Positions 13,936-26,254 are shown, counted from the stretch's first letter. The stretch is DNA of 64,000 nt from Octopus sinensis (GCF_006345805.1 NC_042997.1:122884001-122948000); one strand, 5' to 3'. A program made the numbers and translations. The notes: generated from the letters alone by a model not told the origin.

Positions 13936-14025
13936 ATGCAGCTGAACATTGCTCTACATTTTAAAAATGATGCAATATTTTCGTTGTTCAATTAAATGGA
14001 GTCGCATGAAACGATCGTACTGCAT
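13936..14025 (+). ncRNA. Decayed type I hammerhead ribozyme
   Basis: AUGCAG CUGAACA [long stem II] GAAA CGAUCG U A CUGCAU: 6-bp stem I and palindromic stem III, but G8 is changed to C. Confidence 0.6.
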
Positions 14026-14140
14026 TACCTCTGGATATCCTTGTTGCTTATTTTGATTGTAATCACCTCATTTTGAATTATATGGATAATACCATACTAA
14101 ATTCTGATGCCTTTAACTTAAGTACCATATTCAACTGAAT

Positions 14141-14297
<157 letters not shown>

Positions 14298-14530
14298 GGT
14301 AAAAACGGTAAGATAACAAAAGAAAGAAAGAGACCTCAATATTATGTAAATAGAGGAATTTATCTGTAAATGTAATATGTGGCAATTATTCGGTAGCCAA
14401 GATAAAACTCTGAGTTTTGGATGCCGTTTTTCATAACGTTTTTCCGATGGCCGGATAATTGAAGAGATGGTGGTGTGGATTTCCAGGTAGGCATCCGAGT
14501 TTTATCTTGGCAACCGAATAATTAGTACAT
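14298..14530 (+). mobile_element. Penelope-like relic with an internal inverted duplication and a broken hammerhead
   Basis: Inverted arms 14,384-14,425 and 14,490-14,523; core-like UUGAAGA at 14,459. The GAAA/stem III segment is missing in the sense arm and reads AAAACUCAGAGUU in the inverted arm. Confidence 0.5.
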
Positions 14531-14552
14531 TTACACACACACACACACACAT

Positions 14553-14599
<47 letters not shown>

Positions 14600-14606
14600 T
14601 ATATAT

Positions 14607-14886
14607 ATACGGTTTAAGCAATTAAGATTCAAATGAGTTCTATTGAATTCACAAGAATATGGTACTTGACTTGGATGCACCAGAATTCTATATGGTGTTA
14701 ACCATACGATAAAGTGGGGTGATTGCAAATAGGAAAAAAGCAACAAGAATGCAAATCTCGGATGTTTTTCGGCTGATGAGTACGAGCCATCTATACTTAC
14801 TCCAATTTTTGTAGCCTTATTAAAGATGTCTTCGTACGAAACAATTGTACCGATATTTTGATCCATTCTTGTTGCTTTTTTCCTAT
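14607..14886 (+). mobile_element. Hammerhead-bearing Penelope-like terminal repeat between (TA)n tracts
   Basis: Contains the HHR below; perfect 23-bp inverted repeat at 14,729-14,751 and 14,864-14,886. Confidence 0.6.
14769..14853 (+). ncRNA. Type I hammerhead ribozyme with canonical core
   Basis: UCGG CUGAUGA GUACGA...UCGUAC GAAA CAAUUG U A CCGA; GUA triplet, predicted cleavage after 14,849. Confidence 0.85.
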
Positions 14887-14908
14887 ATGTATATATATAT
14901 ATATATGT

Positions 14909-14939
<31 letters not shown>

Positions 14940-14991
14940 ATGAGAGTTATTGGTGTTAAGAAGACCCAAGGGTGTCAGGTAAGGCTCAGTA

Positions 14992-15040
14992 AGTGCTATG
15001 AAGGGATATCCAAAATATCTCGGAAACAGCTGTAAGAACT
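14992..15040 (+). ncRNA. Hammerhead relic with damaged core
   Basis: agugcu AUGAA GGGAUAU ccaaa AUAUCUC g GAAA CAGCUG U A agaacu; stems II and III are retained and the CUGANGA core is mutated. Confidence 0.5.
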
Positions 15041-15112
15041 CTTTATTAATCTTCTATAAATTATTCACATCATTGGAGTTTTTATCTCATTCTGTTAATT
15101 CATATATGTATA

Positions 15113-15129
<17 letters not shown>

Positions 15130-15157
<28 letters not shown>

Positions 15158-15370
15158 GGCAGTTTGTCTGTGCGTGTTTCTGTGTGTCTGTTTGCTTGTA
15201 CCTTCACCCTGACCACGGCTTTCAACCGATTCTGATGAAACTTGACACACACATAGCCCAATGTCATAATTCAAAACTAACGCAGCGAAAATTTTGAAAA
15301 GTTCCCCCAGTTCTGAAAAAAATCGATAAATCCGACATGGGGTCCAGAATCAGAAACACAAACTGTCTAT
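15130..15370 (+). mobile_element. 5' segment of a non-autonomous Helitron-like element
   Basis: ATATATAAAA start, (GTCT)-like tract and accgattctgatgaaacttg motif resembling Lep1/DINE-type Helitrons (from memory); no 3' CTAG end seen. Confidence 0.5.
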
Positions 15371-15377
15371 TTATATA

Positions 15378-15463
<86 letters not shown>

Positions 15464-16045
15464 ATTACTATGAAACCCAATCCTGTTTCTCTGCATTACT
15501 ATCTACCTTTCAGCATATTGGTCCTCAATAATGACTTTGAGTTCATGTTCAAATTTTTCGAATACCACTTCGTGTCTTCTATACTGAGCATCTATTTATC
15601 TTGTCTGATGACTGTATACATAACCTATCTATGTGTTTATGTATGTAGGTTTCTGCCTTTTTGGCGATATCTTTCATACGCGTACCCACCATAGTATACA
15701 ATGAACAGTATTCTTGTAAAAAAAAAGAATAGGCTTTTATTGATATTAGTATAGTTTAGCGTAACTATATGATATACTGTCGTATGTCCCCTGATTAATA
15801 CAATGAAGATTTAATCCTGATTTATTACTTGTAAATTATTAAGTAGTAAAGTAGAAAATGTGGAACATATTTCAACATCTATTCACTTTCTTCAAGGAAT
15901 TGTGTCTAATCTGATAATCTGAAATGTTTTCGTATTAACCCTTGTCCTTTAAACCTAACATCGTTCTCAATTCAGAATATCCAAGCAGACACAGAAACTA
16001 TTGATTTTCTTTAACACTATTAAGATAGCACCTGAAAACATTTAC

Positions 16046-16136
16046 TTAAAACTAATTCCCAGAGCTTTTCGCCAGTCCAACCCCCGGTTATTTTGTATTC
16101 CCTGATGTTAACATTTATCATATTAATGCGATAATG
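16046..16136 (-). CDS. Candidate exon (HYRINMINVNIREYKITGGWTGEKLWELVL)
   Basis: Acceptor gatcctttcag, donor TTAA|GTAAAT; only phase 0 is open, matching the upstream exon across a 79-nt intron. Confidence 0.4.
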
Positions 16137-16215
16137 CTGAAAGGATCTCCCAATATGTTCAATACGTGAGAACCAGCTAATAAGAATAGAAAATAGAATA
16201 GTATTCAACACTCAC

Positions 16216-16253
16216 CTTCGCACTCAGAACCCTACTTCCGTATTCAAAATTAT
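16216..16253 (-). CDS. Candidate 38-nt exon (xNFEYGSRVLSAK)
   Basis: Acceptor ttgtatttacag, consensus donor AAG|GTGAGT. Confidence 0.4.
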
Positions 16254-18506
16254 CTGTAAATACAACGCTTATCAACACATTAACGTATAAAGTATGAAGC
16301 ATTTAACATCTTATAACGTGTATATTATTCTATTACAGCTTTGCGTAATATTTAAGAAACATGAACTCTATCACGCTAAGTGCGTGCAGCCCGATTTAAC
16401 GTCCGCTAATTTACAATTTAATCCACCTGAATGAACGTTCTCTTGACTGCAAATGTACTTTTAAACGGATTATTTATTGTGATAAGCAAACCTCAAACAC
16501 TACTTCTGATTCATAAATCGGTTGAACTTAGATTTCATTCAAAATACGTTACAATCAATATTTTACAATTTTCGCCATTATCAGGAAAGCGTAGACAAGA
16601 ATTTCTCTGTATTTATCAGGAATATTAAATCTAATAACTTAAAATGTGTCATCAAATGGAGACTAATACGCTTTGCTAAAACCTATAGCCTATTGAACTG
16701 AACGTGTATGCTTTCCATTATGGAATTTTATATAATGTTATTTACCAATCTTTCTGGTTTGTATTAAGTGTTGTCGCCTTCTTGTGAGCTTAAACCACAT
16801 AGAATTTTGAGATATTTGTGATATTTGATCTTTAACAGACCAAATATCTGAAGATAATCAATGGGAATGCTTCTCCTTCTCAAACGACATATGTTAGAAA
16901 AAAATATATTGCTTAATTGAACATTTTAGTCATACAATCAAACCTTTTTTAATACGACTGAAATATTTCTTGTCCATTTAGAGACATGTATTGAGAATGT
17001 GTGTTCAAATGGAATCAGTTACAAAGTGGAATATCAGCTTCAGCCATTTAAAGGTACATTCACACACATAGATAAACAGACACAATACACCTACACGCGA
17101 ACACTCACGCGCGCGAAAGAACACCCACTCAAAAGACATTTGAATTTTCTGTGAGAGTTGTTTGCGGAACATGTTACCCATGGAATAGGTTAAAATTGAT
17201 TTCGAAATTTTTTTGTTTTCCTTTTGTGCATTTAAAATTGTATATAGTCTCTTGAGCTATGTATGTGTCTCGTAATAATCGTTTACTGAATAATTAAAGA
17301 TAATCTGTCGTTCTTCGTAATTTAAATGTGTCTACTCTGATCGCCCAACCAACTACACGAATACCACATTTTACTTGCAATATTTCTTCTTTCTCTCCGT
17401 CGTTATTTTTTCTATCATATAATGAAACTTTATTTCCCCCTCCGTTGCTCTACATACGACATTTCCACATCTCTTATTAACATTTTATGTGCAGTGTTAT
17501 ATAAAAATAATTCTCATTTTAATCTGTTGATTCTCTTTATGCATCAATGGGAGATTGTAATCACGAACTTCTTCCGTGTTGATCAGCATTCAAATTGCCG
17601 GGAACTGTGTACACGTATACTTTAAGGTATGGCGGTGCGGTCAGTTAAGAAACTTGTTTTGCAACCACGTTCATTCTCACCGCGTGGCAACTTGGGTAGT
17701 TGGTTTCTGCTGTAACTCGTCGCCAACTAATGTGATATTATTAGGCGGAAACTACTTGGAAGCTTATATATGTGTGTGTGTGTGCATTTAAAATCCTGTA
17801 TACTGTCATATGCTGCCACACGCCATCAGGCAGCAAAATCAAAATTATTTGCTGAGCGGGATAAACATGTGGAATTCTGCTAATGTGGGGAAATTTATAC
17901 AGAAATTATTAAGACAACATTTCACATGTCAATAAAGTCCAGCATGTTATCACACATCATCAATTATTTAAAATAACATTTTACAGACTGTAATATATGT
18001 ATATCATTTTGAAAATTGTATATTTTCCTAAATTCTAGAAATAATCGATTGACTGCACTTTGTAGCAGATAACATGCAGACATGTGACTATTATTTGCGC
18101 CTTCAAATCTTTATAACAATTTCACAGAATTTTCAAATCATTAAAATTATTGCACCATCAAATTATTATAATTGTTACACCCTATATGGGAACAACAATA
18201 TTATCTTACTATAATTCATCAGCTTATTCTAGATTACATTTTCCATATAATAAAATCATCGATATCGCTTGGAACCCTATATTTTCTTCTAATCTCTACA
18301 TGCTTCTTTTTACTTCAATTTCTAGAAAATAAATTATAACCGTCATTTTATTATCATTGACAAGTTCAGAGTATTATAATCGTCACCTAAATGTCATTAT
18401 AATCACAACATACATGCAAACAACAATATTAACTTGTTACGAGTCATCAACTTATTTTAAAGTACGATTTGAGAACATGAAAATGTGAATACGATACTGA
18501 ATTTTC

Positions 18507-18576
<70 letters not shown>

Positions 18577-18786
18577 TATCAATATATGCATATACATATA
18601 TGTATATATATATATATAAACAAAGTCAGAATGCGATAAAATAAAATTATTATTATCGCTGGTGTTTCTAGCACAGGCCATATATTATTCATATATAAGT
18701 ACACTAAGCGGCGAAGTATGCACTAGAAACAAGAAGCTTGATAAATTTAGTGAAATGAAAATAAAAACTTTTACTAACTCGGTTCT

Positions 18787-18859
18787 TTTTAGACTGCAGT
18801 TTCGCCTATTTCAGCAATAAAAATAATATTTATTTACTCAGGTAGGCTCTTCAGTAAGA
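18787..18859 (-). ncRNA. Type I hammerhead ribozyme, array copy 1
   Basis: UCUUA CUGAAGA GCCUA(34 nt)UAGGC GAAA CUGCAG U C UAAAA; one stem I mismatch; predicted cut between 18,792 and 18,791. Confidence 0.85.
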
Positions 18860-19187
18860 TTCCTGGTATTCTTAAATCGCAACTCGATAGACACATGTGC
18901 GTCTACCGTTTTGCTCTTTCTAACTAATCAGAACACTGCGCAGACGCAGAACGTACCCGACAAACTAGGGATTTCTGGTATATAGTCTAACGCTCAAAAA
19001 TTATCGAGAAATATGTAAACAAAGTCAGAATGCGATAAAATAAAATTAATTATTATCGCTGGTGTTTCTAGCACAGGCCATATGTTATTCATATATAAGT
19101 ACACTAAGCGGCGAAGTATGCACTAGAAACACAGAAGCTTGATAAATTTAGTGAAATGAAAATAAAAACCTTTACTAACTCGGTTCT

Positions 19188-19260
19188 TCTTAGACTGCAG
19201 TTTCGCCTATTTCAGCAATAAAAATAATATTTATTTACTCAGGTAGGCTCTTCAGTAAGA
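19188..19260 (-). ncRNA. Type I hammerhead ribozyme, array copy 2
   Basis: UCUUA CUGAAGA GCCUA(34 nt)UAGGC GAAA CUGCAG U C UAAGA; fully canonical, GUC triplet; predicted cut between 19,193 and 19,192. Confidence 0.9.
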
Positions 19261-19588
19261 TTCCTGTTATTCTTAAATCGCAACTCGATAGACACATGTG
19301 CGTCTACCGATTTGCTCTTTCTAACTAATCAGAACACCGCGCAGACGCAGAACGTACCCGACAAACTAGGGATTTCTGGTATATAGTCTAACGCTCAAAG
19401 TTTATCGAGAAATATGTAAACAAAGTCAGAATGCGATAAAATAAAGTTAATTATTATCGCTGGTGTTTCTAGCACAGGCCATATATTATTCATATATAAG
19501 TACACTAAGCGGCGAAGTATGCACTAGAAACACAGAAGCTTGATAAATTTAGTGAAATGAAAATAAAAACTTTTACTAACTCGGTTCT

Positions 19589-19661
19589 TCTTAGACTGCA
19601 GTTTCGCCTATTTCAGCAATAAAAATAATATTTATTTACTCAGGTAGGCTCTTCAGTAAGA
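19589..19661 (-). ncRNA. Type I hammerhead ribozyme, array copy 3
   Basis: Identical to copy 2; predicted cut between 19,594 and 19,593. Confidence 0.9.
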
Positions 19662-19979
19662 TTCCTGTTATTCTTAAATCGCAACTCGATAGACACATGT
19701 GCGTCTACCGATTTGCTCTTTCTAACTAATCAGAACACTGCGCAGACACAGAACGTACCCGACAAACTAGGGATTTCTGGTATATAGTCTAACGCTCAAA
19801 ATTTATCGAGAAATATGTAAACAAAGTCAGAATGCGATAAAATAAAATTAATTATTATCGCTGGTGTTTCTAGCACAGGCCATATATTATTCATATATAA
19901 GTACACTAAGCGGCGAAGTATGCACTAGAAACACAGAAGCTTGATAAATTTAGTGAAATGAAAATAAAAACTTTTACTA

Positions 19980-19985
19980 CACACA

Positions 19986-20033
<48 letters not shown>

Positions 20034-20113
20034 CACAAACACACACTCTCATATACATATATATATGTACGTATGTATGTATTGTGTATATATGTATGTA
20101 TGTATGTATGTAC

Positions 20114-20144
<31 letters not shown>

Positions 20145-20158
20145 TGTATGTATGTGCG
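19980..20158. repeat. Compound (CA)/(TA)/(TATG) microsatellite
   Basis: Direct reading. Confidence 0.95.
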
Positions 20159-20828
20159 TATACACAGCAGCGTAAGCACATGAATGTGAAACAATGTGGA
20201 GAATATGTTACTCGAATAACAGAGGTAGAGTAACATGCTTTATTGGTAAAGCCGCAAAGACATCAAAAAAATGTTACTCAGAGTTTCCCGTTCGGACAGT
20301 CTTTCTGATGACTTAAATGTACATCATGTATATATGAATGTGAATATTTGCTTGGTATCAAAACTCTTGATATATAAATTTTTCATATTACCGCGATTTT
20401 ACACAATGTAGCTATGTATCTAATGACTCATTATATTTAATAATATTTGTATCATGTTAAAAGGATATTTCTTCCTGATCCCCCTAATGTCTGGCTACCC
20501 GCTGAGCTAAATACTTCGCATGATGCTTTGCAGCTGGCAGAGTGGCAGAATTGTTGGTGCGTCGACAGAAATGCATTGTAGTATATAATCTGCTTCTCTA
20601 TTTTTTCATTTGAAATCTTAACTGCATGGAGAAGGCAACAGGAAACCACTACAGGATTCATCTCATGTTTGTCATGATCGTCGACCCTCAAGTAATTTAG
20701 TTAATTGTGAAGGGGGAAGATACGAGCCCTTCTATGCCGTGTCGAAAATGCTGGAGAAGATTCAACTGCACAGGACTTTCCCAAGATCAGACCATCACTA
20801 GACTAGATACATACATGCAAACATACTG

Positions 20829-20910
<82 letters not shown>

Positions 20911-20921
20911 TATATATATAA
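20829..20921. repeat. (TA)n microsatellite
   Basis: Direct reading. Confidence 0.97.
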
Positions 20922-20977
20922 TGTCCTTCTTTGCTATATATATAATGCCCTTCGTTGCTTCTCGGTTTTATACTAAA

Positions 20978-21370
20978 CTAGCAGTATCGCCCGGCGTTGC
21001 TCGGGTTTGTAAGGGAAATAACTATATAAGCATTTTTAGAGATGTAAAGTATAATAGCCATCTTAATATGGTTAACCACAAATGGGGGGTGTTATTGTAG
21101 CTTTTTAAGTTCTGAGATTTAATAATAAACTTTTAGAGAGTTACTTCCCTTATATATGCCAAAAATGCATTAAAAAGGGGAAAAATTTATGGTAATTTTT
21201 TTTAATCGTAGACTCATCGTAGACGCGCGCTAATACCCAGAAGGGCTCGTTATGAATCAAGACTATAAGATACCCGGTTTTGGTTAAACTGCACCGCAAA
21301 ATGTGGGAGTAGTTAGGAATCTAAATCGTAGGAGACAGACAGCACACAACCTCACTTTTATATATAAAGA
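20978..21370 (-). mobile_element. Non-autonomous Helitron, complete termini
   Basis: Minus strand begins A|TCTTTATATATAAAA and ends with the hairpin-like CCCGAGCAACGCCGGG followed by CTAG|T; AT target, no TSD. Second copy at 50,962. Confidence 0.8.
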
Positions 21371-22517
21371 TTAACACAATTTTAGCGGGACTGAAATCAA
21401 GGCCGGAATATATTATTTCCAGTTCATATCCTGCTGAGAGAGGGTTTATTTATTTCTGAGATGGTAAAATTACTCCGAAACACTTTATCTGGTAGTCAGT
21501 TGACATTATTCGGTGTTCGATACCATATTACACGCAAAATCTATCGAAATTATTTAATTACCGTGACGAAATTCCGCAGTGAGTGCATTCGATGCCTCGT
21601 AACAGGAACGTAGCAAAATATGCAAAGACATTTACAGTGACGCACATACATATAGAGGAACATATTTATTTACATTAGTTATACGTATGTGTATGCACAT
21701 TCCTATATTTTTATATAAATTATTGAAGAAGACTTCACACGTAATAATTCATATGATCTTTCATGTGTGTAGGTGTGTCATTGCGCCTACGTTAATGTTA
21801 TTTCCTAAAAGCATTTCTCTTATAGTTGTTTCACCGCTGTCACTCTCATATCCTTGCACGCGCATTTCTTATATCTTTATGCATGAAATTACAGGCTTTT
21901 TAAAATTTGCTTTCCAATTATATATCTAATTAACAATTTGTCATATATTCATCTCTTCTTTTCTTTCTCTCTCTCTCTCTCCTAATTCTCTTACTTTAGT
22001 TATGTGAATTTTCACACTACTTCCGTAGTGTTTTTGTTGCTGTACTTTCACTACGATTTCACATAACTTAAATGTGCGCGTATACTATTCATTTGTTGTG
22101 GATTTGTCAGTATTATCTCTCTAAATATATGACTTCACTTCTTGGACTGAGACTATAAATATTTGTAAAACAGCAGTTTTTCTCATAGTAAACTATCTAA
22201 AGGTAATTTAAACGAAACTAATAATATTAATCTTGACGCTCATTGTGTCATTATCAGCTCTGCTCTAATGAATATAATTATACCATTTGTATTTCTAATA
22301 TTAATCTACATATGTTTTAACAATATCTACACGGATACTTCCTACCTCTAACATATAAACAATTTTCAATACGTAAATTGAGTTTTATAATATATAAAAA
22401 CATTTAAAACTTTTATTGACAAACATCAGAATTTAATATCAGTGTATATTTAATTATATGCTCTCGAATTTATTTACCAATTTGAAACTACTTCAGCAAT
22501 TTCAACATTGATATCAT

Positions 22518-22584
<67 letters not shown>

Positions 22585-23710
22585 AATGCATTCGTTCATG
22601 TTCAAACCCATAACATGGCAATTTATGAGTTCAGTAATTACTTAGGTAAAAAAAAAAAATTCACGTCGTTCTATTATTTTCAGAACTTACAACCCTTCCA
22701 GCTACCATTGTTCACCAGGTTATCAACTTAGTCTACGAATTCAAAATTCACATGTATAAATGACTGCAGCTATCTTAAAAAATTAATTGTGAACTAGAAT
22801 AAATAGAAACATTTGTGAAGTGTCATGATAAATGCCAAACAATTTCTTAAATTTTATTCCCTCTGACAGATTATGTGGTCCTCATAGTGTAAATATTACG
22901 ATTATTCATTTACTGCAGTAAATTTTATATTAAAACATTTTATGGATGTTAGAGAAGCTAAATCGCCATCGGAAACGTCCTTAAACAATTTACTAAATCA
23001 CGTCGAGTATGACTTTTAAGGTGTCAATAAAATTTCAGAAAGTAAGGAATTAATAGAAAATATGCGCTTCAGTTCATAAGTTAGAAATCTTGTATTATAG
23101 AACGTAAGATGGAATTTGAAATCGAGATTAATACGGAATCCATAAGTACAGTTTATCATATGTTTACATATCGTAATTCTGCTTCATGATGAACTAGTCA
23201 CTTGAATGTTTTTTTTTTCAAAGGACGCTAATTACTGATCAACGTTGTAATTATTTTGAAGAAAAATAATGTTACGCAACCGAAATATTAAATGTTTTTC
23301 AGAGACAAAAGAAACTGCGCCTTCAAATATTGATTATTTTGTGGCAACATATACTTTAAATATTGTATATCATATAACAAGATGAAAGCGTGTTGTTTGT
23401 TTATTGGGAGATTTAGCACTGGAAAGTATTTTAGTCGACACATATTTTCAAATTACTTTAGATTTGTTAGTTTGTATATCATTGTTATTGCACATATAAT
23501 ACACCTGAATTCCATATCAGTATTTTCCTCACGTAAACACGTCAAATGATGTAAATTTCATTATTTATCTTTAAATTAACATTCTTTTTTCTCCTTGTTT
23601 TTTTATACGTTCAAGTATATTTTGTCGGAAAGAATTCCGTAACGTAGAAAGAGTTTAACGACTTGTTATTTTTCTCAATTTGAGTTTTCTGATCTATTTC
23701 TCTTTCAAAG

Positions 23711-23891
23711 TCTCATTGTACCCAACGAAGAGAATGAAGTATATCCATGTCTGAGGAATGGACACAGCGTATCAATATTTATGTTTATTGTGCTGAGTTT
23801 ACTGGTTCATGTGGGAACAATATCTGCTGCAGTTTGCACTCTATTATTTCGCAACCAAACCTCCTTACGTTACAGAATCTGTCTCCAGTGG
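23711..23891 (+). CDS. Candidate exon encoding a transmembrane helix (LIVPNEENEVYPCLRNGHSVSIFMFIVLSLLVHVGTISAAVCTLLFRNQTSLRYRICLQW)
   Basis: Acceptor ctatttctctttcaaag, 60 open codons in AT-rich DNA with a long hydrophobic stretch, possible donor TGG|GTGAAT. Confidence 0.4.
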
Positions 23892-26192
23892 GTGAATAAT
23901 GAAATAACTAAGAATTGATAAGTTTGGTAATTGCATATATATTACAGCGAAAGATCTGTTCTTAACATTCTTTGAATACTCTTGAATATAGTAATCAATG
24001 AAGACACTTCGTCCAGAAACCATTGAGAAATGCATGGGCAATCTCTTTTTGACTTTCACTTCTCTTTATGATGAATTATGCATTTCTGTAAAACTGTTGG
24101 GGAAGGAGGAAATGACATGTATTACCAGATTCCAATCTTTGAATTCAATAAGTAGCCCAGAGTGTTTTGTGTTGTGATAGGAAAATTATCTCCAGGCCTT
24201 ATTTCGATTACATGCTTTCTCCATTTTGCATTCGTAATGCTTATATATATATCATATACATGTATACCACAATCTAAGATTTTTATTCGTTGTTAAATCA
24301 ACTGTAGCTAAGATAAACATCCTTTACCTTTAAATACATGATATAAACCATTAGATCATAAGTATAAATGATTTACAGAAAATCATTTAGCTTTTGATAT
24401 TCCTCCTCAGTGCCCTTCAGAAAAGTACAACAATCTTGAATATATACTTTATACATTAAAATACATGTTTTTGTCAGCTGAAAGTAAAAAATATTGAAAT
24501 GGTAAATTGTATTGTGTAATCATTTGTGTGGAAAGATATGAGGTGTTATTATCATTTGGCTCTTTGAGACAGGTATGACGTCGCCATTGTGTCTCAACAA
24601 TTTACAGAAATAGTAACATAAGGAAATTAACAGAAGTATTTGTGAAGTCAGAGTCTGTTTAACTAAAGTTTGCTGTTTTCTTTTAATCGTGAGTGTGTGT
24701 GTATGTGTGTGTGATTTCATCAAAGAATAATACTATATAAAATTATATACTGTCTTCTGAATTGTATCTTTTTTATTGCTTTTGGTGAATACCTTTAAAG
24801 CATTAAACTTATAGATTAGTTATTCTAAACTTTACTTAAGTGATCTTTGAAATATCAAAAGAAATATAGCTCCAAGTCCATTAAAAAAAGATCTAAAAGT
24901 GTTTATTGATCTAGAAACAACCCGACTAACTATTATTAAAGCAGCCATTCCTCCATATATTAGAAGGTAGTACACAACGTTTGCTGCAAAATTAATAGTT
25001 TTTGAGAATATGATGAGAATCTGCTATCTTTTCTTATATATCTTCAAAATATTTTGAATAACACACTCATTTCAGTGTCTTCTAAAAGATAATCTTAAGC
25101 ATGAAGAATAAAAATAAAATTATAAATATCATATACATGCCTTATTATATGTAAATACAGATGCACACATATGTGTACGAGCGTGTGCTTCTCTCTGTGT
25201 CTATGTAAATTTATTTATGTGTGAGTAAGCGAGTATTTTAGTGTGTGCAGCTATACAAATTCATGAATAGGCAAATATCTTTTATATATTTATCAATGAA
25301 GAAATGTACATTAATATCGAAATAAATAATCTCCTAAAACTGACAAGATATATTTGCGAATAGTTAGCTACCATGTTGAAAACGTTATATTATCAAATTT
25401 TCTTGGGGATAGAACATAAAAATTCAAATTTACATTAAGTGAGAACATTTATAAAGTAAGTCGAACTATACGTGATTACGATATTATATATGATAATATA
25501 AAAATAAACAGCAAGATCATATGAAAATATATAATACATACAAATACACAAACACGCACAAGCACACACAAGAACACGGACACAGACACTTACACAAACA
25601 CACACACATACACACACATATATATATATATGTATATGTATATAGGTATGTAAGTATGTATGTATAGTTTGTGTCTATGTATGTTCTTTGCTTAATTTAT
25701 ATTTCGTTCAGTGGCTTCGCCGAAGTAATGATGTACAGTAATGTGTATAGGTGGACTATAAATCTATCTATGAATATATCGTCTAGATTAAGAACTTGTT
25801 CTAATATGTGTGGCATATATTCTAATAAATATAAATATACGATATAATATTAAGAGTTGTCTGTAATTTTAGTAAATATATTAGAAGCAAATGTTGAATG
25901 AGTTATAGTGTCAACATTACATGATAATCATTTTTCTGCTAAATTCATCTTGTAATGTTCTCTCACGTTATATTTCCTCAATTACATTGAAAGATATTTA
26001 CAACACGGATTCAATGAGAAATGACCGGTCGTGTCGGGCTGTTTCCAAATTTGGTCTTGCTTGTACACGAGACAAATATATTTCATTGTTAATGTTGTGT
26101 TATTTAATTCCAGTATAGATGTATATATGACATATTTCCATGCACATATAAGCAGAATCACATTCACAGATAATACATACACACACACATAT

Positions 26193-26250
<58 letters not shown>

Positions 26251-26254
<4 letters not shown>

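Larger units (their letters stand above)
18617..19979 (-). mobile_element. Tandem array of a ~401-bp hammerhead-containing monomer (3.4 units); non-LTR retrozyme architecture
   Basis: caaagtcaga recurs at 18,621, 19,020, 19,421 and 19,822; units are about 97-98% identical by eye; one HHR per full unit; flanked by (TA)n on the left and (CA)n(TA)n on the right. Confidence 0.9.

Noticed and set aside
14531-14882. Minus-strand ORF/exon (KKATRMDQNIGTIVSYEDIFNKATKIG)
   Set aside because: It is the antisense of a canonical hammerhead, and its acceptor lies inside an inverted duplication abutting (TA)n; not listed as CDS.
15606-15655. CUGAUGA followed by a 12-bp stem
   Set aside because: The stem is followed by GUUUC rather than GAAA, and the pairing arises from TATG-type simple sequence.
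18617-19979. Array as CRISPR, plain satellite or coding repeat
   Set aside because: There are no unique spacers and no sustained ORF in the frames I read; the per-unit hammerhead explains it better.
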